Origin: Rotaria socialis
Taxonomy: Eukaryota
Assembly: GCA_905331295.1 (NCBI GenBank)
Contig: CAJNYD010000024.1
Coordinates: forward strand, 62,001-113,522
Length of the DNA stretch: 51,522 nucleotides
Reading direction: 5' to 3'
The notes beneath the pieces are model-generated. The model was not told the DNA's origin, searched no databases, and worked only from the letters and a program-made list of their open reading frames with translations. A program made the position numbers and the translations under genes. Of the stretch, positions 1 to 11,387 are shown piece by piece. The first letter of the stretch is position 1, and the number at the start of each line of letters is the position of its first letter.

Positions 1-1933
1 CAATGTTTGATTGAGATATTTGTACGTAAATCTTGATTCATATTATATCTATTAGGATGGCTATTGTTGATACAAATTTCTCTTTTTCTCGCCTCACTAT
101 TCTTTATCAATATTGCTGCTTTTCGAAGGTTCTATTCATACATTCTTGAGACGACAAAATGTAAATGTAAACAGTGCGGTAGCTCTTTTTTGTTGATTTT
201 ACATCAGGCTAACTGAGCCGTCCTTTTTTTGTCAAATCTCTACCATTACCGTCATTCTTTCATCATCCTCACCATCATCATCAGTTACTACATCAACAGA
301 GAATAAGAGCATTATAACTCGGTCAGGATGCACTATTCTGTCCCTCTCTCTCTCTCTTGTTGAATGAATTCAGCTTGTGTGCACACGTACATATTCACGA
401 AGAAAGGAGAAGAAGAAAAAAAACGGTGAACCGTGTGCATGCATACATAGTGTATGGCAGTAGGCTCTATATTGTCCCCTTAAACATTCATTTTTTGTGT
501 GAATTCTTTACTGCTCAACTGAACATCGCCGACAATCGTGTGTTTGACATAGATTTATATAGAGAGAATAGAGTGAGACAGATGAAATCGATTCGTGATC
601 GAAAGATGAGACAACAGATGTGATGATGATGATGACTGTATAAAAAGTAAAAGTGTGTGCATACAAATTTGAATTAATGTATGTCTCGTGAATAGACAAA
701 AAGAGACAGGTAAAGATAATATGAGAAAATGAGATACTATAAAAAGAAAGACAGACAAGTGATGTTAATTGTCTTACCTACTAGTAAGTTATTTTCATTT
801 TCGTTTACGAACAAAAGAAAATTGGTTTTTCGTATTTCTAAATGAAGGGTTTTTTATTCTTCATCAAAGAGATAGCCAAAACAGATTCTGCATTGTTTTA
901 TAAACGATTGATTTCTTTCCACAGAGTACAATGTGTATTCTCATTTGTATTGATTAGACAGGTTTTTTATTAAAAACATGCGTGCGCACAGCTGGTCTGT
1001 GCCTCATTTTGGAATGCTAAGGAAAAAATAATCATAGTCAAATAAGTATGCGCCAGTCTTCTTTATATTTCTTTTTTTTTGTTCATGCCTCTCGTTAGCC
1101 TTCGATGTTTTCTTTCGTTCATTTTACTTATTTCTTCTTTTTTTTTAGATGAATAAGTTCTGAAGACTATTTATATGCAGTATTACTCGCTGAGAAGGAC
1201 ATAATATAAAAAAATCTAACAATTAATGATGACTTGAACATCATTTGATTGGTATGTACATATTCGAAATAGGCTTGTCAACTGAAATTTCTCATTGTCA
1301 ACACTTCTAATAATATTATTTTATCATTATAGAAGTAATTTAAAAGGAATACTTTCATGAAAATAATATGGTGATTTTTAATAAGATCACTCTTTACTCA
1401 ATTATTCTATTAATTATTTGTACATATACACAACACCTTTCATCATAATTTTCTACGCCGATTTATTATACGTAGATATACACTATGGATATCTGTACCA
1501 AAGCGATTGTGTCCTGTTTTCTTTCTCTTCTGTGTGTTCGTCACAGTATGCACGTATTAGATAAAGTAATACAGTATGATAGCGAACGAACGAACCGAGC
1601 GCGAGTGGTTGATGCCATTATTTAGGCGATGCTAGAGACGACGAGTGCCCTCGTCTCAATACAAAAATGAGGGATAAGGAAGGGGTTACATAAAAAATGC
1701 GTGCACACACACACACACACACGTACATAAATAGAAGAGGAAGAAAAAGAACGAGTGCCGCCACTACTGAGAAATAGAAAAACAAATTCTACTACAATTC
1801 CAACCGCCCTTCTTTCTCATTTACCAGAGACAAACATCGTTTTCGATCTTTTTTTCTTTCTCTGTTTTTTTCTGTGCCACCCTCGCATTATTAACATTGT
1901 TCTTTGATTTTTCTTTCTCTTCTGTTCTAGCGT

Positions 1934-4900
1934 ATGTACAAAAACGTGCAAGTCAATCATTATAACAACGCTACTAGTACAACGACTTCTTCTTCCTCTC
2001 CAACTTATACAAACCCAAAAGCTACTAGCTTGCCTGTACAAATAACTAGTGTCTTTTCTTCTTCTTCTTCTTCTTCTTCTTCTTCTTCTTCTCCTCGATA
2101 TAGTAGCAACATTTGTGACAGCGGCCTTTCGCTGCCTGTCTCGTACACAGCTTCAAATAAAATCATGTCATCATCATCATCATCGAAATTGAAATCAGAT
2201 GTCGATCAACTTGATGATCTTGTTAAAGATTTACTCAACGAAGTAAATCGTCCGATTAGTAATAATATTAACAATAATGATAATAATAATAATAATAATA
2301 CTCACCGATATTCATATCAACGACAGTTAAATAATGACGTTTCGAATTCAAAATTATCTTCATCAGCGATACTTAATGATGGAAAACGTTCTGAAGTTGA
2401 GATTTCATCAACTACTGTACCGCGTTCGAAAACAACTCGTGAAGAACGTATACGTATTAAACGTGGAACTCCAACGACGGAGATTCCTTCGACAGCAGCC
2501 ACAACAAAATCTCAAATAGCACCATCATCGATTGATGAACAACTTATTGATTCATTATTAGAAAGTGTTCAAAATACTTTAAAAAAACGTGCACAAAAAA
2601 CTCAATCTACTATAACAGCAGATATACCAATACAAAATCGGCGAACCTATAGCTCAAGTGCTGCCTATACTGATTCGATTCATCGTGTAAGTTCATCTTG
2701 ATATTCGTTTGATATTTTATTTCATAACTAAAAAAAAAGAAAGTTTAAGTAAATTTCATTTAGTCATTCAAGGTAAACTAACATAAAAAGAAAAACGAAC
2801 TGATAGAATAACATTAATTATTTTTATCGAAAACGTAAAATTTATTATCTTAACAAAAATTCTACCTTGATATAAGATTTGTCAATGCCAAAAAAAGAAA
2901 GAGAAAAAGTGTAACCACTTCAGCCAATGGTACTTATAAAAATTTTGTGTTTTATGACTTTGAAATATATCATTCAATTGAGTCTTAAGTGATATCAGTA
3001 GATTTATTACATTGAATTTTATATGAATAATTTACAAAAAACGTTTATCTTTTTCCTTTGTAATCATGATAGATGGATCCAAATCGAGGTCGATTTCCAA
3101 TAAAACTCTATCGAACAGATAGTTCAACAAGTACATTATCATCAAAACGACCATATAGTCGACAAGATTATCGCGGTAAGACATAGACATTCTTCGTTTG
3201 ATTTTTTCAATTAGAGAAAAAAAACAATATCCTAATTTTTTTCCCGTAAAGATGGTTACACATCAGCATCAACAGCAGCCATTCCGAACTGTTTTCGTGC
3301 AACATCAGAACCACCGCCTGATGGTCCTATTGAGTTACGTCGCATGGATCTAGTTCGTTCGCCATCACGTACATATGTTGATTCACATGGACCCAATGAA
3401 TATTGTTACTATCCACGTTCAACATTATCATCAAGCGGTGTTCGTATGCGTGGTCCTGAGTATTCAGGCTATGAAACTGATACAGGCTTGATGACATCTC
3501 GTGTTTATCCTCCAAGATATTATCGTGTCCCACAACCACCGCCACCACCACAGCTAGCACCTGTATATCCTTATTATCGTTATCATGAATGCCCACGTAC
3601 AATGCCTCATCCAGATGGTTATGATACAGATAGTGGTTTAGTAAGCAGTGGTCGATTACATATGACTCGTACGTTACCACCACGTATGGCTGTTATACCT
3701 GAAACTATTATTATTAATAATCGAATGGCATCAGCAGCGAATTTAAATCGAGGAGTGCCAGCTAATTATCGTAATAGTTCATGTTTTAATCAAGTAAATC
3801 GTTCTCACAATTTAACTGGCTACGAAACAGATTCGGGTATGAATACAAGACAATATCATACTGGATATCGACATGTACCTGTTGATATACAATATGGTAA
3901 TAATGAATGGTCAGGAAATCAATCGACGTCAAGAGCTACTTCACAACAGCGCAACTTTGTTGATAGCAATCAATCTTATCGACAAGCACAAGAACAATTT
4001 CGTGGTGCATCGATACCTGTTTTTAGTCAACATTCAGAACAACAACAACAGCAAAGAACAGTAAGCATAATAATTTTCTATATTTTCTTCGTTGTCGCTC
4101 GTTTAATTACTATATCAACATGTAGAGATAAATAAATCATGTTCATATCAATCTAATACATTTGATTAATCTATATATCTTATCTAGACAACAATAACAC
4201 CATCAGGATCATCATCATCCATAGTGAAAACAACTAAAAATGATATACCGATAAAACCAACTCTATTTCCGGGTTCAGTTGGTTTATCAAATCCATTGAG
4301 TGATTCTAAATCACAACAACAACTTCATCATCATCATCATCAGCAACAGCAACAACAAACATCTGAAATTGAAATAAAACGTAAAATTTCGAATGATAAT
4401 GTAACAAAACGAGCACCTAGGCCACATGGAGCTATTATCGAGAGTACTGTATTACAAGCAGTCATTGATCCTGGTGTAACAGATACAAAAATAATATCGA
4501 CTACAGTTGAGACTGTAAGATTTGCATCTACGGAATGACCAATATATATATATATATATATGTCCTCGCTCGCTACCTTTTGCCATAGTTTTATATTTTG
4601 TTTGATGTGTTTCTAAAAATAAGAATAATATTCATTATTGATTGACTTTACTATTTCGATTTTAATAGATAAACAATGCAAATGTGGACAATCAAGCAGG
4701 AAAACTTCCATCAACACTGCCTACATTTCCAGTAAATAACCAATCTTGTATGTGTGTCTATTTAGAATTTTATGCTAGAAAGATCAAATTTGATTATTAA
4801 TTTAGATAATGCAAACATTCAAACACGTATAGGAAATAAGTAGGAAATTATTTTATCAATGAACTTATCTTCTTTTCTTATCTTATGATTTTTTTCTTTT

Positions 4901-6670
4901 GTTTAGTTCATTACGAAATCAAGATGAAAGTTCACGAAGATCAAGCGTTTCTTCTATGACAGGTACGATAACGTGCGCAGAACAAGAAAATTTCATACAT
5001 TTAATCTTCTAATAAAATGACAGATTACATGAGAACAATTATTAATTTAGAAAGTCTTGTTGCGTATAGGAGATATTCTTCTATTTGAGTAGCCGTAGGA
5101 AAATCTTGAGATGTATATCTACTTTTGTAAACCTAGCTAAGAAAACAAATGGAAAACACAATACTTCTTTGTTTCGCGCATTGAGTGACGTTTCTCCGCA
5201 GGCATATATTATGTAGTACAATAAATCACATAGTTCTGGCGGGTCAACTCAATCTTTAGCATGACTTACATAATCTATCCCTTTTAATCCATAAAAACAG
5301 TGCTATCAGCATGAAATCTTTTTTTAAATCTCATTTTTCAAGAATAGTAGCAGGAATTTTATCGGAAAAAACAATACAAGGTTTTCATTTTATAGACTCT
5401 GATGTCCATCGTAATGGAGCTTATCAAGCACATAATGTAAGCCAATTCTGGTATAAAGAAAAACTGTCGCGAGAAGACGGTAAGTAGAAATATGTTCATC
5501 GTATATATTATACAAATTTATGATTTATTCATAGCGATAAATTTACTTAAAACAAAAAAACCTGGCACATTTCTTATCCGTGATAGTCAAGGGTTTCCGG
5601 GTTCATATGGTCTAGCTGTTAAAGTTGAAACCTTACCACCGGGTATTCATCCTAAACCAGGTTTGTTATCAAATTAACAATTAAAAAAGAAATAAAATAA
5701 AAATCTATTAAGGTGCTGATCCAAACACTGAACTTGTTCGACATTATCTTATTGAACGAATATCAACGGGACATGTTCGTTTGAAAGGTTGTCCTAATGA
5801 ACCGGATTTTGGTATGTTTCGATACTATGTAAATTTTAAACCTAAATTCAATGTTTGCCGTATTTTAGTTAATCTATCAGCATTAGTCTATCAACATACA
5901 ATAGCAGCACTTGCCTTGCCAACCAAACTTGTTCTACCAACAGTTGATATTGTTGCAGATTTTCATCCAACAGTAAATCATCAACAAGAAACTAGAAAAG
6001 TATCAATCAAAGATTTATTAGAAAAAGGAGCCGGTAAAATTATTATTTTTTTAAATTCTACAAAATACAGTCGTCGATAAAAAAAGAAAGTCTAATATTT
6101 CTATTCCTCATAGCTTGTAATGTTGTTTATTTAAATAATGTTGATGTCGAATCACTATCCGGTCAAATGGCTGTTGCTAAAGCTTTAAATAGCACATTTG
6201 AAAATGCTGAACGTTTACAAGCTACTATAGTTAATTTTAAAGTATCGAATACGGGTATTACATTAACAGATATCAAGAAGAAGTATGCATTTGTTTATTT
6301 TTTTAACTTGAATCAATGAAAAAAATGTTCGATTTTCTTTAGATTATTTTCAAGACGGCATTTTCCGAAAGAATATGTAACTTATTGTGGTGTTGATTAT
6401 GAAACCGAACGTTTTTGGACATATCGATATAATGATATTGATATGTTAACACGAGCCAAGTAGATGAATTCTTGATTATTTTCTATTTCATAAATTTTTC
6501 TTTCTCGTTGTTTCAGATGTTTCGGTTTTGTATCAAAGAAAATCAATGGTACAAAATCTTCGCAACAGGAAAATGAATGTCATATATTTGCTGAAATCGA
6601 TCTGACACAGCCAGCAACAGCTATCGTCAATTTTGTATCAAAAGTTATGATTGGCAGTATACCTGTTTAA
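1934..6670 (+). CDS. TNS: Tensin-family focal-adhesion adaptor (long low-complexity N-terminus, C-terminal SH2 + PTB), multi-exon
   Basis: In-frame GT-AG exon chain: 1934-2686, 3073-3175, 3252-4060, 4188-4514, 4669-4747, 4806-4839, 4907-4962, then SH2/PTB exons from ~5396 to TAA at 6668-6670. SH2: [42 protein letters not shown]...LVRHYLIE...[20 protein letters not shown]...[32 protein letters not shown]...[21 protein letters not shown]. Both are characteristic of tensins. The 5' end is uncertain because an acceptor-like TAG lies at 1928-1930. Confidence 0.9.
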
Positions 6671-7141
6671 AATGAAAGAAAGAAATGAGAAAAATCAATG
6701 AAGAAGAAGACGTATTTTTAAAATCAAACACTATTCTTTCTTTCATTTTTATTTGTATCAGTGTTTTTCCTATTAGAATTTTCTTATTCTACAGTTTTTC
6801 TTTTTGTAGTTGAACGTCAATTCAATTCAATTCAATTCTTTCGTTTTTCTCCTCTGATTGCTCTTTTCTTTCAACTTGCGCCCCTCTTCCTCGTCGATTT
6901 TCTTCTGTTTTGTTAATCTTAAGTGATAATATTCTTATTTATTATCGTTCTCGAAGAGATGCATAAAAGCATAACAAAATAGAATACGATCTATACCTTA
7001 TAAAAACAAAACAGTGATGATGATGATAATAATGATCCTTGTTTTTTTGTTTGTTGGTGCTTGCTTTAATCTCTAATATATTTGTTTGTTTGTTTTTCGA
7101 GTATTAAAATGTATCATATTCTAGAAAGATAAGAATAAATC

Positions 7142-8091
7142 ATGGAAATACCAACTGTTCATTTGGGTCATACAGATGTTAGAATCACCAGAATTGGTCT
7201 AGGCTCAATGCCATTGTCAATCTATGGCCGACCGATACAAGAAAATGCAATTAATGTTATTCATCGTACACTTGACCTTGGAATAACATTGATTGATACA
7301 GCAGATGCCTATTGTTTAGATGAAAACGATAAAAATTATAGTGAATTATTAATTTATGAAGCATTACGAACATATCAAGGACCAGCCAATATCAATCATA
7401 TCATAATAGCTACTAAAGGTTTTGCAAATAGTTTCTCCTTATTTGTCTCATTTATCGTTGCATAGTCTATATTTCAGGAGGCCTTGTTCGTCCAGGTGGC
7501 GCATGGCAAACCGATTTAAATCCGTCTCGTCTTCGTCAAGCCATAAGAAAAAGTTACGAAAGTCTTGGAGGACAAAGCCCCATTCCATTATGGCAAATTC
7601 ATAATTGCCCACAAGATGATAAATATACTTTAAAAGAAATTTTCGAACCCATACGTGAAGCTGTTGAGTTAAAATTAATTCAATATGTCGGCGTATCAAA
7701 TTTCAGTGTTGAACAAATACAAGAAGCACAAACATATGTTGAAATTCAATCTGTACAAAATGTTTTCAGTCTATTCAAACGTCAAGCTGAAACAGATGGA
7801 GTTTTAAAATATTGTGAAGACAACGGTTTAACATTTCTAGCTTATTCGCCGATGGGTGGCCGGAGAAAACACAAAAAATTAAATAAAGAAAAATTACTTA
7901 TAAATTTAGCACAAAAATATCAGTGTTCAACTTATTGTGTTGTTCTTGCATGGATTTTGTCAAAATCTAAATGTATTGTGCCAATACCTGGTGCTAGTAA
8001 AATTACATCTATTGAAGATTCAGTAAAAGCAATGTATCTTCATCTTGAGCAAGATGATATACAACTAATTAATAATTATAAATTCGCTTAG
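7142..8091 (+). CDS. Aldo/keto reductase of bacterial (cyanobacterial-like) type, 2 exons
   Basis: Exons 7142-7418 and 7478-8091 are joined by a 59-nt GT-AG intron that restores IATKG|GLVRPGGAW. AKR motifs: IGLGSM, IDTADAY (catalytic Asp/Tyr), ATKGG (Lys), LWQIH (His), VGVSNFSVEQI, SVQN, LAYSPMGG, PIPGASKITSIEDS. Confidence 0.92.
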
Positions 8092-8338
8092 ATTATTGAT
8101 ATAGAAAAATAAAAATTCGTTGTAGCAAACAAATAAAGAAAAATTATGGTAATGACTAAATGTCCCAAATGAATAGATTACATTGTCTAGCATTTGCCAT
8201 CGGATTCATTCTCTAAGGACAATAGAAACTGTCATTATAGCTATTGTCGTAATTCCCTTAGTTTAGGAAATTTATTCATTGTTTTCGCTGATTTTTCTTC
8301 TCATCAGTCACATTATTTTGATATTTTCTTCTAGATTA

Positions 8339-11036
8339 ATGACAAATATAATATCAGCAGGCATCGATACCGTAAATCGGCCACGATTATGTCGTTCTGA
8401 TCATCAACCGAATCTCCTAGAATATATTGATACGACATTAACCGAGTCGCTTTCTCTAAATCTAACACTAATGAGAACAATATCGAACGGACATGATCAA
8501 TTTGGTAATACAATTCTTGATCAATATTTACTTTATCTATTATGTCAAAAAATCAATCCAAATAGATCGAATAATTTAATAAATAATTTATATCGTCTAT
8601 TACATCGATTAATTGTTTTGAATGGAAAAATTTCTAAAAGTTTTTTCGAATATTCAACTTCATCGAATAATCTATTAAATTATCAAAATGTGTTTCATAG
8701 TTATACAAATTTTATTTGGAATGAATTCGATGTTAATGTTCTACTTGAACTTGGTCAGTAAGAAAATCTAAAAATAACATCTTATTGATATTCAGAATAA
8801 TTTGACTAGAAAGAAGAAATTAATTCGAATATTATATAAATGCAAATGTAACGAGGTTGTCAAATAATTGTATATTCAATTATTTAGATCAGAGTTTTGG
8901 TAACACCGTTAGACTAAATTAAATTTTTCTCACTGAACTGTAAAGAAACATATATCAGCGGGGGAGAAGAAGCGAACAATCATTAGATGATCGATGTTGG
9001 TCATTAGCCTTGGTTGTAATTATTTCTGTCGTTCACAAACCGCTTTGTGTAATACAACAGAAATATCGTTATGTCGGTTAAAGAAATATGACTGTCAAAT
9101 GTTGTAGGGCATTAACTTCGCTAAACTAAATATAATGAAATCGTTTATTAACCAGAGTCGTAAATTGTCATGTTATTCAATTAGCATTTGGCAGATGAGC
9201 ACGATTTTTTACATTGACTATTGTTTGTTGACCGAGATAAAACTCTAGAATAAGCACAACAGCAGTGATAATCTGCTAGTGATAATTAGAAACATCAGCT
9301 GGCATCGCAGCGGCTCTCTCAAAAAATATAGGAATTCCTATATAGGATAATAGGTCTAAAATATATAGGATCGCCCTCAACTATATAGGAAAAATATAGG
9401 ATGACAATTCCAGAAAAAGATTTAGACACCGAAAAATCACTGCAACAGCATTGAAGATGATAATGCGTTGTTTTTGCACGTATATCTAATCAGCTAAATA
9501 AAAATATTACTGAGTTTTGAAAAGTAATGGAGCAGCAAGATTTTCTTAAAACTTAAAAAAACTAATTTATGTTCGATTTATTTTCACTATTGAACATACA
9601 TGCACTTTAGGGCGTGGGCAGGTTTCTGAACAAAATACTCACACATTCACACCCACACCTTTTTGGTATTCCGTCTTTTAGAATTTCATAGTAAGCTACA
9701 TCAAATTTCATCGACAGATTTCAAATTTCATTGAAAAATAAGCATCCGTTCAGGAGTTATAACGTTGTGAAGTTTTTTCAAATACTGCCAAGATTTTAGC
9801 AAAATTTCAAACCGTTATAACTCCTGAATGGATGCTTATTTTCGATGAAATTTGATGTAGCTTACTATGAAATTCTGAAAGGTGGAATACCAAAAAAGGT
9901 TAAAAACATTTGCCGGTTGGGCAAGCAAAAAAATTATTTTATTTTCGCAAACTACAATCACAAACTTTTGACCACAAAACCTCATTACTTAGCTCCAATA
10001 TGACCCCTCATAAGTTCCATCTAGGTCTCATGCACTGACGCTGAGATCTAACATACCGAGAAATTCTGGATAAAGCACTGATACAAAGACAACTAATGCA
10101 AAGAGTGTACTATATACATTATCTAGATGAACCAATAGGGAATAAGAGCCATACAAATTGTTACTGACAATATTTAAATGATGTGTTGAACACTTATCAG
10201 GAGTTTTTTGAATTTTTTTAGAAGAATCTTCAATTTTTTCAAAAAAAAATAGGAATATAGGAAAAAAGCTCAAAATATAGTCTATTATAGGATAAATTTT
10301 TAAAATATAGGAAATACAGGATATATAGGACTGCTGCGAAGCCAGAACATCAGCAACTAATAACATTGAAAACTATGCCTACAAGGCTTCCCATTTTAAA
10401 ACTCCGGGGGCCATCAGTTCGATTTGAATGCATCGTTTCCATTAGTCACTATGAGAATATTATCTATTTATTTTTCCAGGTTGCGTCCTATTAAAATATC
10501 GTCTACGTGATATATTCGATACAAATAACACTTTAGTGCAAGAGAAAATTCATGGTTATTTTCTTGAAATCATTGGCATGTATTATCTTTCAACAAATCA
10601 TCGTGACTATTTTATCAATTCTCGCTCAGTAGATATGATATTTCCTTCTCCGGGACTTTATTCGTCGCTACCTCAAACTTGTCAACCAGATGAAAAACAA
10701 ACATTTCACAAATTTCTCGATGCACTTTATGATAATGGCGAAATTAATTTCGATCTACATCAAATACGAAGTCTTTTAAAAAGTGAAGCTTATCGATTTT
10801 TAAACAAAAAGTTAGAAAACAAAAAAATCGATTTTATCAAATTTTTCGAAACAAATATTTGCTGTCGACAAAGAAATTCATGCCGAAAATTAAAATCTAT
10901 ATGTCGTTTATCCATTAAAATGCATATTAAACAATATCCTGCTGATATCAAACAATTATCAACATTGCCACTGATAAATGGTCAACTTGTTGAAACCTAT
11001 TTAATTTATGAGAACGAATTCGGTTTTAAATCATAA
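8339..11036 (+). CDS. Uncharacterised protein with C-terminal SOCS box, at least 2 exons
   Basis: The exon ending at 8753 (LLELG|gtcagt) splices in phase to the acceptor at 10479 (G-CVLLKYRLRDIF...) and runs into ORF 10536-11036. C-terminus RKLKSICRLSIKMHIKQYPADIKQLSTLPLINGQLVETYL resembles a SOCS box (BC box + Cul5-box-like LP motif). Start codon uncertain. Confidence 0.65.
9299..10345. mobile_element. Non-autonomous hAT-like DNA transposon in the SOCS-box gene intron
   Basis: TIRs CTGGCATCGCAGCGG (9299-9313) and CTGCTGCGAAGCCAG (10331-10345) match 13/15. Perfect 8-bp TSD AACATCAG (9291-9298 and 10346-10353). Clustered ATATAGGA subterminal repeats at both ends. No transposase ORF. Confidence 0.85.
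9657..9900. repeat. Long inverted repeat (foldback/MITE-like palindrome) nested inside the hAT element
   Basis: Left arm 9657-9764 (ACCTTTTTGGTATTCC...GTAAGCTACATCAAATTTCATCGA...AGCATCCGTTCAGGAGTTATAACG) is the near-perfect reverse complement of right arm 9813-9900, apart from a short duplicated insert in the left arm. Confidence 0.85.
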
Positions 11037-11387
11037 GATTTTTTTCCCTGCTACATATCATTCCGTTTAGTTGTACATCAATGATAATTGTGAACAAGCG
11101 TACATAAGAAAATCGTTTTTTTCCTGTTCGATACGTATAACATTTATTTTTAATCATGCAAGATGCATAGTGTAATAAAATATTTTTAAATATAGAATAC
11201 TGGTTTTTACTGGATATTGTATATAGTATTGCTGACTTTCATTTGAAATACAAGTGCATGGTGTAGAAAGAGCTCAGGTCAAAAATCATATTAATGAAAA
11301 CAAAAGTTCAACCGATACTATGATGCCTTATTCAATGTATCTATTTAGAAAAGATTGATTAGACATTAAATCCTTTATTTTATTTCT

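Noticed and set aside
357..758. Short overlapping ORFs upstream of tensin
   Set aside because: Low-complexity, microsatellite-derived translations with no recognisable domain or exon chain.
10028..10366. 112-aa minus-strand ORF
   Set aside because: Lies in the subterminal repeats of the hAT relic; no transposase motifs.
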